Assembly (NCBI RefSeq): GCF_963921235.1
Contig: NC_086108.1
Coordinates: 83,888,001-83,952,000, forward strand
Reading direction: 5' to 3'
From: Mobula hypostoma
Lineage: Eukaryota
DNA length: 64,000 bases
Shown: positions 24,648 to 38,789 of the stretch, piece by piece
Position numbering within the stretch: the first letter of the stretch is position 1
Layout of the letters: each line of letters begins with the position of its first letter
Notes under the pieces: model-generated
The model's input: the letters and a program-made list of their open reading frames with translations, nothing else
Database searches by the model: none
What the model was told of the DNA's origin: nothing
Translations under genes and position numbers: made by a program

Positions 24648-24778
24648 CCGAAGGGTTTCGGCCTGAAACGTCAGCTGTACTTTTTTTCCATAGATGCTGC
24701 CTGGCCTGCTGCGTTCCTCGAGCATTTTGTTGTGTGTGTTATTCGGATTTCCAGCATCTGCAGATTTTCTCGTGTGTG
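24648..24778 (+). mobile_element. Penelope terminal-repeat fragment with truncated hammerhead
   Basis: GAAGGGTTTCGGCCTGAAACGTC...GATGCTGCCTGGCCTGCTG...GCATCTGCAG. Confidence 0.75.
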
Positions 24779-24939
24779 AAAAAGTAATAATGCTTCTTTT
24801 AAGTTGCATATAACAGCTTGGATTTCCACCAACGCAGCCAAAATAAATGTCAATTACTGTTGTATTTATGCAGTGGGATGTCATTTGGATTCATGCATTT
24901 GCAGACAATAGATTAAGTGCCTGTTTGCCAGTTTGCATT

Positions 24940-25430
24940 TTAGATTAAATTAGACTAGATTAGATTCAATTTTGTTGTCATTGTGCTGAGTATAGATACA
25001 AAGCCAATGAAATGCAGTTAGCTTCTAACCAGAAATGCAAAGGATAGTGTTATTTACAAAATAACTGTGAATAAAAAGTAAGTGCTACAGCACACAAATA
25101 TAAAAGTACTGAGACAGTAAAACATGGGTGCAATACTGCTTAGCACTGTGATGTGAGGTTCAGCAGAGTCACAGCCTCAGGGTAGAAGCTCTTCCTGTGC
25201 CTGCTGGTGCGGGAGCAGAGGTTCCTGTAGCGCCTACCAGATGGGAGGAGAGTAAAAAGTCCATGGTTAGGGTGAGATGCATCCTTGATAATGCTTTTCG
25301 CCCTGCCCAGGCAGCATTTATGGTAGATGTTCTCAATGGTGGGCAATTGGGTGCCGATAATCCGCTGGGCAGTTTTCACCACACACTGGAGTGCTTTGTG
25401 GTCCGATACGGGACAATTGCCATACCACAT
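24940..25430 (-). mobile_element. Rex1 LINE 3' fragment
   Basis: WYGNC...ALQCVVKTAQRIIG...HPNHGLFTLLPSGRRYR...SFYPEAVTLLN; (AATCT)n-like tail. Confidence 0.85.
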
Positions 25431-26252
25431 TTTAACCACAGTTCCTAGCCACATTTTAAGTTTACCCCACAATCCAAACTCGGATCTGAAGGTTGGTTGC
25501 TGAAGTCAATGGTCACTGAATGTCTAACCCCAAAATACTCCCTAAAAATACAAACTCCTTCCAGACAGCAGCAAGATTGAACCCAGGTTGCTGGCCCTGT
25601 AGAAGCATTGTGCTACACTATGCAACAGTGAATTCTCAGCCGTGTCTTGCAAAATGCAAAGAAATTATCCCAATTTTTATTGGGACATTAAAGAAATGGA
25701 TAGTAAGAAGCTGCTAAGTAAAAATGAAGTCTGATATTAATCGTGATTCAGGCCAGGCCATTCACTCACTACTGTATTCATCTGCAAATATATTGAAGCA
25801 TGTAAAGGCCTCCATTCCACCCTCCAGAACCCTGCCATTTTTCTTAACCACAGAATGCACAGAACTGGAAGTCCAGAGCTCTAAATCTCCTGCTCAGTTT
25901 CAGGATTTGTACGTGTTCCAAATGAAGCCACACAAAAATCAGTCAAAAAAGTGTTACCAAGATGCTGCAATGTTGAAATTAGTTGAAGAATTCATGAGAG
26001 GAAAGGTAAATTAAATTTCTATAGGGATTATTTCCTGTGGCCGAGCATGATATTATAATGTTGTGAAAGGGAAAAAAATGGAGATCTGGTAAAGGAGACA
26101 GGAAATGTATGTTTAAAAGATTATTACAACATTTCAGAAAGTACTTTGTCAGTTGTAAACCATTTGGGCACATTCTGGAGAGTTGAAAGACTGAGGAAGA
26201 TAACAGAGCAGGCAAATAGTGGAATGGTGCATATAATTTACCATAGCACATT

Positions 26253-26966
26253 CAGAGGATTCCTGTTGACTGGGGCATCGGGGCAGCCGTTTATTTGGGA
26301 CACTATGCCGCTTACTTGGGACAAGAGACTCTTGCCGAATAGTTTCTAACTAACATTAATTGTGTGTTTGTCATGTGGCCATTAGACATAGTACCATGCT
26401 TAGAGTGGGCAGTTTTCAAAGTAGTGTCAGGTGTAGGCTTCTGTTCAAAAAGCAGTGATTTGTCCCACTGATAGTGAGAAATAAGCAGTAAAATAATTCA
26501 TAACTGTTTTGCTTGCTGCGGTTTCAAGCGTTCAGGCATGGAGATGCCAGAAATGGCCAGGAGTGAAAATGAAACAATTTCACTACTTCAGCAAGTTAGG
26601 GACTATGAATAATTTGAAGTTATCAACAATCTTAAATATTACAATGAAAATGAATATTTAGAGGATGAAATTGTCAGAAGCATTGTATGATGTCAGTCCA
26701 TTATCTGCACTAGGTGTCTGCACTTAATTTTGTTCATTTACAGTCAATCAAAAGAACATGGCATGTTACACTGGATGAATTCCTCTGATAACTGTTAGGA
26801 ACTAATGCAGTTTTATAGTACTGTAGTGCTAGCCGTAGTGTTCAAATATGTTCTATATATCATCAAAATACAGTAGTTGTCTTTTTTATACCTTTTTAAC
26901 TATTTCCATGAAACTTCAGCTAATTGGGCGGCCACTTAATTGGGCCAAAATGACAGGAATCCACTG
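26253..26966 (+). mobile_element. pogo/Tigger-like non-autonomous DNA transposon
   Basis: TIRs CAG(A/T)GGATTCCTGT match 13/14, TA at the right flank, remnant EISSKIIHNCFACCGFK like the Tigger DDE C-terminus. Confidence 0.7.
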
Positions 26967-28625
26967 TACACCACAATGCCAGTGTAGTACTATCTTAATC
27001 TGATTACAACTACATTCATCCTACATTTTCAACCTTGTACAAGCTACAGTGAAATAGGATCATCTATTTTCAGCAGTCCAGTCATATAACCATATAACAA
27101 TTACAGCATGGAAACAGGCCATCTCGGCCCTTCCAGTCCATGCCGAACGCTTACTCTCACCTAGTCCCACTGACCTGCACTCAGCCCATAACCCTCCATT
27201 CCTTTCCTGTCCATATAGCTATCCAATTTTACTTTAAGTGACAACATCAAGCCTGCCTCAACCACTTCTGCTGGAAGCTCATCCCACACAGCTACCACTC
27301 TCTGAGTAAAGTAGTTCCCCCCTTATGTTACCCCTAAACTTTTGACCCTAACTCTCAACTCATGCCCTCTTGTTTGAATTTCCCCTACTCTCAATGGAAA
27401 AACCCTATCCACGCCAGCTCTATCTCTATTTATACTACTGATTTTTTTCTTCTACGCTGTAGTTTGTACAAAATCCTAAACAAAATATTTTTTAAAACTC
27501 TCTCTATCCCCCTTATAATTTTAAATACCTCTATTAAGTCCCCCCTCAATCTTATATGCTCCAAAGAATAAGGACCCAACTTTTTCAACCTTTCTCTGTA
27601 ACTTAGGTGCTGAAATTCAGGTAACATTCTAGTAAATCTTCTCTGTACTCTCTCTATTTTGTTGACATCTTTCCTATAATTCGATGACCAGGACTGTACA
27701 CAATACTCCAAATTTGCCCTTATCAATGCCTTGTACAATTTTAATAGTACATCCCAACTCCTATACTCAATGCTCTGATTTATAAAGGCCAGCATACCAA
27801 AAGCTTTCTTCACCACCCTGTCCATATGAGATTCCACCTTTAGGGAACTATGCACCGTTATTCCTAGATCCCTCTGTTCTACTGCATTCTTCAATGCTCT
27901 ACCATTTACCATGTATGTCCTATTTTGATTAGTCCTACCAAAACGTAGCACTTTACATTTATCAGCATTAAACTCCACCTGCCATCTTTCAGCCCACTCT
28001 TCAAACTGGCCTAAATCTCTCTGCAAGCTTTGAAAACCTACTTCATTATCCACAACGCCACCTATCTTAGTATCATCTGCATACTTACTAATCCAATTTA
28101 CCACCCCATCATCCATATCATTAAGGTATATGACAAACAACATTGGACCCAGTACAGATCTCTGAGCCACACCACTAGTCACTGGCCTCCAATCTGACAA
28201 ACAGTTATCCACCACTACTCTCTGGCATCGCCCATTCAGCCACTGCTGAATCCATTTTACTATTTCAATAAAAATACCTAATGATTGAACCTTCCGCGTG
28301 GAACCTTGTCTAAGGCCTTACTGAAGTCCATATAGACAACATCCACTGCTTTACCCTCATCAACTTTCCTAGTAACCTCTTCAAAAAAATTCAATAAGAT
28401 TTGTCAAACATGACCTTCCACGCACAAATCCATGTTGACTGTTCCTAATCAGACCCTATCTATCCAGATGATTATATATACCATCTCTAATAATACTTTC
28501 CATCAATTTACCCACCACTGATGTAAAACTGGCAGGCCGATAATTGCTAGGTTTACTCTTAGAATGTTTTTAAACAATGGAACAACATGAGCAATACGCC
28601 AAACCACCGGCACCATCCCCGTTTC

Positions 28626-28696
28626 ATTTCATTTTTAAATCTTTTTGTTGATATATAATCTTTTACAGCTATAAAATACAGAAGTTCAGCAAATTA

Positions 28697-28736
<40 letters not shown>

Positions 28737-29536
28737 AGTTGAAGAAAAAACATATATGCAAATGAAAAAAATTTTTATATAAGAAAAAGGAGGAAAAAAA
28801 GAGAACCCCAACTAACTGGGAAAAAAACCCACTAACTACAAAAAAAACCATTAGGAACCAACTCCCGGAGCAATACGTCTTACAATCATTTATATATATT
28901 TAAAGAAAAAGAAAACAACAACCACCAAATCACATTTATATAACATAAAGTTGGAAGGAAACCATATAAATTAATTCAAATTAAATGATAATATTTGGCA
29001 AAAGAGCCCCACCTTCTCTCAAAATCGAATTGGGGATCAAAAGTTCTACATAATTTTTTCCAACTTAAGACATAACATTACTTGGGAAAACCATTGAATT
29101 AGTGTAGAAGCAGAGATACCTTTCCACTTCAATAAAATAGCCCTTCTTGCCAGCAATGTAATGAATGCAATTACATGTTGGTTTGAAAATGAAATACCCT
29201 GAATATGATGCGGAACTATTCCAAATAGAACAGTCGATGTATTAGGTTATGAAAATGGAAGGTTCAAAGCTTTAGAAATTGTAGAAATTAAAGATTTCGA
29301 TGAGGGACATGACCAGAACATATGTGACAAAGTAGCTACTTCATTTTTGCACCTATCAGGAAATATTTTGGATAACCTCTCCTTTGTTAAATAATAACGG
29401 TGAACAATTTTAAATTGAATTAACAATGATTGGCACATATCGAAGAAGAATTAACCATTTTCAGATCTCACAGCCAATCCTCATCAACAAAAGTCATATT
29501 AAGTTCTCTCTCTCAATCTTGTTTAATCTTTAGTGT
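28626..29536 (-). mobile_element. L1-clade LINE 3' fragment
   Basis: LIQFKIVHRYY...RCK...HMFWSCP, the C-terminal zinc-knuckle of L1 ORF2; TSD CATC(C/G)CCGTTTC 28614..28625 / 29537..29548. Confidence 0.8.
28700..28728. repeat. (TA)n microsatellite
   Basis: Directly visible. Confidence 0.95.
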
Positions 29537-31099
29537 CATCGCCGTTTCTAATGACATTTGAAATATTTCTGTCAGAGCCTCTGCTATTTCTACACTAATT
29601 TCCCTCAAGGTCCTAGGGAATGTCCTGTCAGGACCTGGAGACTGATCCGCTTTTATATTCCTTAAAAGCGCCAGTACTTCCTCTTCTTTAATCATCATGG
29701 TTTCCATAACTTCCCTACCTGTTTCCCTTACCTTACACAATGCAATATCCGTCTCCTTAGTGAATACTGAAGAAAAGAAATTGTTCAAAAACTCCCCCCT
29801 CTCTTTTGGTTCCACACATAGCTGTCCATTTTGATTCTCTAAGGCACCAATTTTATCCCTCACTATCCTTTTGCTATTAATATAACTGTAGAAACCCTTT
29901 GGATTTATTTTCACCTTACTTGCCAAAGCAGCCTTGTATCTTCTTTTGGCTTCTCTAATTTCTTTCTTAAGATTCTTTTTACATTCTTTATATTCCTCGA
30001 GCACCTCATTTACTCCATGCTGCCTATATTTATTGTAGATATCTCCCTTTTTCCGAACCAAGTTTCCAATATCCCTTGAAAACCATGGCTCTCTCAAACT
30101 TTTAACTTTTCCTTTCAACCTAACAGGAACATAAAGATTCTGTACCCTCAAAATTTCACCTGTAAATGACCTCCATTTCTCTATTACATCCTTCCCATAA
30201 AACACTTCTAAATCCTTTCGCATCTCCTCAAAGTTAGCCTTTCTCCAATCAAAAGTCTCAACCCAGGGTCCAGACCTATCCTCCTCCATAATTATATTGA
30301 AACTAATGGTATTGTGATCACTGGACCCGAAGTGCTCCCCAACACATACCTCCATCACGTGACCTATCTCATTCCCAACACTGCCCCTTCTCTAGTTGGT
30401 ACCTCTATGTATTGCCGCAAAAAACTATCCTGCACACATTTTACAAACTCCAAACCATCCCACCCTTTTACTGTATGGGCTACTGTAAGGTGAGCAGAAA
30501 ATACATAGCCCTCAACGGTTAGGATTTAGTTTGGGTATGACCAAGAGGTTAAAATTAAAGGAGCGCCAATATCTCGGAGTGTTGCTGAGGTTATAGATGG
30601 GAAATGGTGGGAAGAATAAAGGAGTTGAAAAACACAGACAAATGCTACATCAGAGGTCAGCCAGGGATGTGAGGTCCCAGACAAGGGTGCCAGCAGTAGG
30701 TGAGCTGGATGATGTTGTAGAAGAGGAAATAAGCAGATTTAAAGCTTGCACAAGCCTGCTGGTTCACATTCAAAAGTTGCCAGAGAGGAACATTGAGTAG
30801 GTGGCTGAAGAACAAAATTCATGAGATCTGAAGAATTAGACTTGGGAGAGAATATACTTTTCAGCCAGTAGTTGATGTTGGACAGGCTACCTGACAAATT
30901 GGAGACAATGGAGGATTCAAGGCAGTGGGAAATAGATCAAAGACTGGACATCGTCAGAAAACAGAGGGGAAAAGTAACACTGAGTTTTCGATGTTGAAAT
31001 ATTTACTGTATCAATGTGAATACATCCAGCAAGACACTGGTATACTCCTGCCAAGTGCATGTTCCACTTCCCATCCACTGCAATTATATATTAGTCATT

Positions 31100-33150
31100 C
31101 TAGTCCATCTAAAAATCTCTCAGAGGCTAACCTTCAGAGCAGGAACAGTCCTTCCAGGTGAAGTGACACTTCACCTGTGAGTCTGTCAGGGTTATCTAGT
31201 GTATCTGGTGCTCCTGTGGTGAGACACAACGTAGATTGGGGGACTACTTCAATGAGCACCTTCACTCCACCACAAAAGGCAGGCTTTCCCAGGGGCCGCC
31301 CTATTTAATTCTACTTCCCATTCCAACATAGAAACATAGAAAATAGGTGCAGGAGTAGGCCATTCGGCCTTTCGAGCCTGCACCGCCATTCAGTATGATC
31401 ATGGCTGATCATCCAACTCAGAACCCTGTACCAGCCTTCCCTCCATATGCCCTGATCCCTTTAGCCACAAGGGCCATATCTAACTCCCTCTTAAATATAG
31501 CCAATGACTGGCCTCAACTCTTTCCTGTGGTAGAGAATTCCACAGATTCACCACTCTCTGTGTGAAGAAGTTTTTCCTCATCTCGGTCCTAAAAGGTCCT
31601 TTATCCTCAAACTGTGACCCCTCGTTTTGGACTTCCCCAACATCGGGAACAATCTTCCTGCATCTAGCCTGTCCAATCCCTTTAGGATTTTATACGTTTC
31701 AATCAGATCCCCCCTCAATCTTCTAAATTCCAACGAGTATAAGCCTAGTTCATCCAGTCTTTCATCATATGAAAGTCCTGCCATCCCAGGAATCAATCTG
31801 GTGAACCTTCTTTGTACTTCCTCTATGGCAAGGATGTCTTTCCTCAGATTAGGGGACCAAAACGGCACACAATACTCCAGGTGTGGTCTCACCAAGGCCT
31901 TGTACAACTGCAGTAGTACCTCCCTTCTCCTGTACTCGAATCCTCTTGCTATAAATGCCAGCATACCATTCGCCTTTTTCACCGCCTGCTGTACCTGCAT
32001 GCCCACTTTCAATGACTGGTGTATAGTGACACCCAGGTCTTGTTGCACCTCCCCTTTTCCTAATCGGCCACCATTCAGATAATAATCTGTTTTCCTGTTT
32101 TTGCCACCAAAGTGGATAACTTCACATTTATCCACATTGAATTTCATCTGCCATGAATTTGCCCACTCACCTAACCTATCCAAATCACCCTGCATCCTCT
32201 TAGCATCCTCCTCACAGATAACACTGCCGCCCAGATTCATGTCATCCGCAAACTTGGAGATGCTGCATTTAATTCCATCATCCAAGTCATTAATATATAT
32301 TGTAAACAACTGGGGTCCCAGCACTGAGCCTTGCAGTACCCCACTAGTCACTGCCTGCCATTCTGAAAAGGTCCCGTTTATTCCCACTCTTTGCTTCCTG
32401 TCTGCCAACCAATTCTCTATCCACAACAATACCTTACCCCAATACCGTATGCTTTAAGTTTGCACACTAATCTCCTGTGTGGGACCTTGTCAAAAGCCTT
32501 TTGAAAATCCAAATATACCACATCCACTGGTTCTCCCCTATCCACTCTACTAGTTACATCCTCAAAAAATTCTATAAGATTCGTCAAACCATGGCTTTCT
32601 CTACTGCCACGATGAAGCCCTCCTCAGGTTTGAGAATCAGCTCTTCCTTTTACGTCTGGATAGCCTCCAACTCAACGGCATAAACATCGATTTCTCCAAC
32701 TTCCAGTAATTTTGCCTCTGCCATCTCCCTTTTTCTATTCCCATTTTGACTCTCCTCTTACCCCTTCTCCTTAACTGCCCATCACTTCCCTCTCGTGTCC
32801 TTTTCTCCCATAGTCCACTCTCCTCTCCTATCAGATTCCTCCTTCTTCAGCAATTTGTCTCTTCTGCCTATCACCTTCCGGCTTCTCACTTCATCCCACC
32901 TCCCCCCTCACCTGGTCTCACATCACTTACCAGCTTGTACTTCTTCCCCGCTGTCCCTCACCCATCTCCCCCCCACCCAACCTCCTATTCTGGTTTCTTC
33001 CCCCTTCTTTTCTAGTCCTGATGAAAGGTCTCAGCCCAAAACATAGACTGTTTATTCCGCTTTATAGAAACTGCTTGACCTTCTGATTTCCTCCAGCATT
33101 TTGAGTTTATTGCTCTGGATTTCCCACATCGGCAGAATCGCCTGTGTTTA
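31100..33150 (+). mobile_element. Degraded Penelope-like element split by a CR1 insertion
   Basis: HFTCES...GETQRRLGD...FNSTSH before 31325 continues as HGFLYCHDEA...INIDFSNF after 32588; mutated hammerhead at about 33013..33050. Confidence 0.8.
31325..32587 (-). mobile_element. CR1 LINE 3' fragment (same young family as 5377..6887)
   Basis: ORF 31578..32429 RT, near-identical sequence and tail. Confidence 0.95.
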
Positions 33151-33764
33151 TTACCTTACAAAATCCAGTCTCATTCAATGAAGATCATCATCCAAATGAT
33201 TCAAAACACTAATCAACCAAACTGACTTCACAAGAAGAATAGTGGCACAGAAGCCACAGCAAAGCATGAATTAGCAGAACCTGCTATAAGAACCCTGCAT
33301 TTCAAAAGTACGCTGTCAGTGAATCAAAATGAAACTCAGGGCCACTCATGAAGTTACTTGAAGTTCACATGCTTATAAACAAACGATAAACAAAAGGACA
33401 GTTAAATACACAAAATAACATTACTAAGCAGTGTACAGTTGTAGTCCATTAGGAATTTCAGTGTCAGAATACTGAGCTGTAAAATGATGCCAATTTTGGC
33501 CACAGTATACAGAAAACAGATTCTTCCCTCAAGAATAGAACATAGAACAAATCATATCACTAAAAGCAACCAATTCAGGCCTGTCATTGCATTACTCGTT
33601 CACAACTTCTCTAGATGGTAGGACTGGACCTGATGTGGCTAATGAAAGAACGAAGAAGGTACCTTCAACACAGGAAAATCTACAGATGCTGGAAATCCAA
33701 AGCAACACACACAAAATGCTAGAGGAACTCAGCAGATCAGGCAGCATCTATGAAAACTAATAAA

Positions 33765-33802
33765 CAGTCAATGTTTCAGGCTGAGACCCTTCTTCAGGGC
33801 TG
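33765..33802 (-). ncRNA. Hammerhead ribozyme motif, core intact, palindrome decayed
   Basis: CAGCC-CTGAAGA-AGGGTCTCAGCCT-GAAA-CATT-GACTG. Confidence 0.45.
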
Positions 33803-33982
33803 GAAAGGAAAGGGCAAGATGTCAGAATAAAAAGGTAGAGGGAGGGGAAGGAAGAGAGCTAGAAGGTGATAGGTGAAGCCAGGTGGGTGGGAAAAGTAAA
33901 GGACTGGAGAGAAAGGAATCTGATGGTAGAGGAGAGTGGACCATAGGGGAAAGGAAGGAGAAGAAACACCGGGAGAAATGAT

Positions 33983-34905
33983 AAGACAATAGACAATAGG
34001 TGCAGGAGTAGGCCATTCAGCCCTTCGAGCCAGCACCGCCATTCACTGTGATCATGGTTGATCATCCATTATCAGTATCCAGTTCCTGCCCTATCCCCAT
34101 AACCTTTGATTCCGCTATCTTTAAGAGCTCTATCCATCTCTTTTTTGAAAGCATCCAGAGACTTGGCCTCCACAGCCTTCTGGGGCACAGCATTCCATAT
34201 ATCCATCACTCTCTGGGTGAAAAAGTTTTTCCTCAACTCCATTCTAAATGGCCTACCCCTTATTCTTAAACTGTGGCCTCTGGTTCTGGACTCACCCATC
34301 AGTGGGAACATGCTTCCTGCCTCCAGCGTGTCCAATCCCTTAATAATCTTATATGTTTCAATAAGATCCCCTCTCAGCCTTCTAAATTCCAGAGTATACA
34401 AGCCCAGTCGCTCCAATCTTTCGACATATGACAGTCCCGCCATCCCGGGAATTAACCTTGTGAACCTACGCTGCACTCCCTCAATAGCAAGAATGTCCTT
34501 CCTCAAATTTGGAGACCAAAACTGCACACAGTACTCCAGGTGTGGTCTCACCAGGGCCCTGTACAGCCGCAGAAGGACCTCTTTGCTCTTATACTCAATT
34601 CCCCTTGTTATGAAGGCCAGCATGCCATTAGCTTTCTTCACTGCCTGCTGTACTTGCATGCTTGCTTTCAGTGACTGATGTACAAGAACACCTAGATCTC
34701 GTTGTGCTTCCCCTTTTCCTAACTTGACTCCATTTAGATAATAATCTGCCTTCCTGTTCTTACCACCAAAGTGGATAACCTCACATTTATCCACATTAAA
34801 ATGCATCTGCCCGCTCACCCAGCCTGTCCAAGTCACCCTGCATTCTCATAACATCCTCCTCACATTTCACACTGCCACCCAGCTTTGTGTCATCAGCAAA
34901 TTTGC
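33983..34905 (-). mobile_element. CR1 LINE 3' fragment
   Basis: ORF 34072..34836 is an RT C-terminus; (TATTGTC)n-like tail. Confidence 0.9.
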
Positions 34906-35883
34906 TAAGCAGGTGAGAAGAGGTAAGAGAGGAGAATAGAAGATGAGGGGAGGGGTAGGAAAATATTCTTTTTACTGGAAGGAGAAATTGATACAAGTAC
35001 ATGTTCAGCACAGCATTGTGGGCTGAAGGGCCTGTATGCTGCTGTAGTTTTTCTATGTTCTATGATATTCATGTCATCAAATTGGAGGTTACCCAGGTGG
35101 AATATAACGTTTTGCTCCTCCAGCCTGAGTGTAGCCTCATCGTGGCACAAGTGGAGACCTTGGACCACCATGTCAGAATGGGAATGGGAATCGGAATTAA
35201 AATGTTGGGCCACTGGACAGTTCCACTTTTGGCAGATGGAGTGGAGGAGCTCGATGAAGCGGTCACCCAATTTACGACAGGTCTCATCTGAGGCTCCTAT
35301 GTGCTTAGTGGAAATTTCAATATGAAGATGTTCTAAAATTCTTTTCATATGCACTGGAGTCCTGCAGATTACCAGATCTGACACTGAGAACTGCGAATAG
35401 TTTTGTGTATGAAACCACCTGGCTTCCTTGGCTGCATGCGTCTTGCGAAAGCACACTCCGATCCCACCAAACCCATGAAATTGAGACGGCTCACATTCCA
35501 AAGCACCCTGTCTGAGATCAGATTTGCACAACATCTGAGTATAATTCAAACCAAAGTCAATGTGAGATTTTAATGTTTGTGGAGAGCAGGGAGTGCAAAG
35601 CAACTCTCCTGATGCGCGTTTTTTTAAAAATCAGATGCACAGAACTTTATCTGATGACTTTGTGTTGCCACCAATGTGATTTTATACCATCATGGGCGGC
35701 AAGTGCTGCTTATCCCTGCGCCCTAATCAGTAAACGTTTCTAATGCACAGTGAAACAAGCAGACTCACTCCATAGGATTACTCTCAAGTGCCCTCCATTT
35801 GACATAAACAAGACATGTTTAGTGAAAAGGAACAAAACCAGAAAAAGTAGCTGGTATTGACAGAGACACCACGGTCAGACATG

Positions 35884-37155
35884 GTAAACCTATGCCTGAC
35901 AAAGCTACTGCAATTCTTTGAGGAAATTACAAGCAGGGTAGACAAAGGAGATGCAGTAGATGTGGCGTACGTGGATTTTCAGAAGGCTTTTGACAAGGTG
36001 CCGCACATGAGGCTGCTTAGCAAGATAAGAGCCCATGGAATTACAGGGAAGTTACTCGCATTGGTGGAGCATTGACTGATTGACAGAAAATAGAGAGTGG
36101 GAATAAAGGGATCCTATTCTGGCTGGCTGCCGGTTACCAGTGGAGTTCCATAGGGGTCGGTGGTGGGACTGCTACTCTTTACGATGTATGTCAATGATTT
36201 GAACTACAGTATTAATGGATTTGTGGCTAAATTTGCTGCTGATACAAAGATAGGTGGAGGAGAGGGTAGTGTTGAGGAAAAAGAGAGCCTGCAGAGAGAC
36301 TTAGATAGTTTAGGGGATTGGGCAAAGAAGTGGCAAATGAAATACAATGTTGGAAAATGTATGGTCATGCGCTTTGGTGGAAGAAATAAACAGGCAGACT
36401 ATTATTTAGATGGGGAGAGAATTCATAATGCAGAGATGCAAAGGGATTTGCAAGTCCTTGTGCAAGATACCCTAAAGGTTAACCTCCAGGTTGAGTTGGT
36501 TGTGAAGAAGATGAATGCAATGTTGGCATTCATTTCTAGAGGTATAGAATATAAGAGCAGGGATGTGATGTTGAGGCTCTATAAAGCACTCCTGAGGCCA
36601 CACTTGAAGTATTGTGTGCAGTTTTGGGCTCCTTATTTTAGAAAGGATATACTGACATTGGAGAGGGTTCAGAGAAGATTCACAAGAATGATTCCAGGAA
36701 TGAAAGGGTTACCGTATGAGAAACATCTGGCAAATCTTGGGCTGTATTCCCTGGAGTTCAGGAGAATGAAGGGGATCTCATAGAAATATTCCGGATGTTA
36801 AAAGGCCTGAACAGATTAGATATGGCAAAGTTATTTCCCCTGGGAGGGGGATTCTAGGACAAGAGGGCATGACTTCAGGACTAAAGGAATCCTTTTAGAA
36901 CTGAGATGCAGAGAAATTACTTTAGTCAGAGGATGATAAATCTGTGGAATTTGTTGCCATGAGCAGCTGTGGAGGCCAAGTCATTGGGTGTATTTAAGGC
37001 AGAGATAGATAGGATCTTGATTAGCCAGAGCATCAAAGGGTATGGGGTGAATGCTGGGGAGTGGGGATGACTGGAAGAATTGGATCAGCCCATGATTGAA
37101 TGGCGAGCAGACTCGATGGGCCAAATGGCCTACTTCTGCTCCTATATCTTATGGT
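35884..37155 (+). mobile_element. CR1 LINE 3' fragment
   Basis: ORFs 35857..36075 and 36160..36783 carry RT motifs (DFQKAFDKVPH, RPHLKYCVQFW). Confidence 0.9.
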
Positions 37156-37254
37156 CGAGTCACTCCCAGCTCTACAGCAGCTTAATCCACACTAACTGAC
37201 ACAGGCTCAGTCCAGCAGCTATGTCCTTCGAGACCCAGCCAGCACAATTACTCA

Positions 37255-38045
37255 GTCCTTCTTGGTTATGAACTGCCCAGTGTATCACTGGCACCTGCCT
37301 TCCTCCATCAATACAGACAGGTGACAGGAAAAAGGCCAGCAATATCATGAAGGGTCCCACTCCCTGCTCATGGACTGTTTGTCCCACTCCCATCAGGAAG
37401 GAGGTTACACAGCATCCACACCAGGACCAACAGACTCAAAAATAGTTACTTTCCAAGCCATTAGGCAGATCAACACCTCCAACCATTAACCATCCCCACC
37501 AACACGACTTCATCATTTCCTGTCAGTCACCTTACTACTAGATGCTCCTGTGCCTAGTGTCACTTTATGTACATACAATCAGTCTAGGTACATAAGTTAA
37601 TGTTAATAAATAAAGGCATCTGTTAGCCTTGCAAGACCATGGATCTGCGCCTGGAAAATCTTCACTCTCCAGGGCGCAGGCCTGGGCAAGGTTGTATGGA
37701 AGACCAGCAGTTGCCTATGCTGCAAGTCTCCCCTCTCCATGACACCAATGTTGTCCAAGGGAAGGGCATTAGGACCCATACAGCTTGGCACTGGTGTTGT
37801 CGCAGAGCAATGGTGTGATTAAGTGCCTTGCTCAAGGACAGAACACATTCCCTCAGTTGGGGCTCGAACTCACAACCTTCAGGTCACTAGTCCAATGCCT
37901 TAATCACTTGGCCACATGCCCACACAAGTTAATGTTATGTATTTATATTTATTGTGTTCTTTATGCTCATTAGATCTGAAGTAACATTCATTTTGTTCTC
38001 CTTTACACTTGTGTACTGACAAATGACAATTATCAATCTTGAATG
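37255..38045 (+). mobile_element. Degraded Rex1 3' fragment with SINE insertion
   Basis: KASNIMKGPT..HGLFVPLPSGRR remnant and AATCTTGAAT tail. Confidence 0.7.
37606..37925 (-). mobile_element. tRNA-headed SINE (same head as 24136..24437, different 3' half)
   Basis: TGGCCAAGTGA A-box, GTTCGAGCC B-box, GTCCTTGAGCAAGGCACTTAA; TSD AAGTTAATGTTA 37594..37605 / 37926..37937. Confidence 0.85.
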
Positions 38046-38789
38046 CAAAAGTTCTCCATTCAGAGTACCTTCTGTGCAGTGCTGTTTTCAGTACTTCTAA
38101 ATGTTGCTCATTGTAGGAGGAGCAGTGATTCAGCAAGGTGGGGGGGTAATGAAGGGCAGGTTTCAGTGTCCTGTGCAATGTCTGAGAACTGAGGACAATC
38201 AGTAGCCTAACACAGCTGTGTCCTCAGAATTATACCTTTACAGACAATGTGCCAGACTCCCCTGGGTATATCTCTTTGTGCCACTCGGCCAGATGCATCA
38301 AAGAGGTTAGGATGGTGGTGTAGAGGTGGGTGGAAGTAGCCCTAGGAGACCCCAGCATGGTTTTACCCAATGGCAGCTCAGAACAGGATATCTATGCCGT
38401 GATGTCATCAGCAACAGAAATATACACTAGAATACTACAGCATAGAAATAGACCTTTCAGCCCATGCAGACACAGAAACATAGAAAACTACAACACAATA
38501 CAGGCCTTTCAGCCCACAAAGCTGTGCCGAACAGGCCCTTACCTTGCCTGGGTTACCCATAACCTTTTTTCTGAGCTCCATGTAACATATCCCATGACAT
38601 TCAGTAACTTATAGCTAGCACATCTTTCATTCTTATCAACTCTTACTCTGGTTTAAGATTGCAGTACTGAAGGTGTGTGGCAGCTTACTGGCAGATCGAA
38701 AGGCAAGAGATTCAACGAGAAACATTACTTACAACATCTTTACTGAAGCAAATTGTGTTGAACTGTCGCCGCAGACAGGGAGAAGGCAG

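Larger units (their letters stand above)
27083..30481 (-). mobile_element. CR1 LINE (EN C-terminus to 3' end), split by an L1-like insertion
   Basis: ORFs 29513..30358 (SDHN, PWF, SPGPD) and 27430..28215 (YADD, LEYCVQSW). Confidence 0.9.
33667..35288 (-). mobile_element. Penelope-like element split by a CR1 insertion
   Basis: GIY-YIG tail (RKLGDRFIE...HFNSDSHSHS...LRLEEQ) at about 35065..35288; terminal repeat with hammerhead motif at 33765..33802. Confidence 0.8.
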
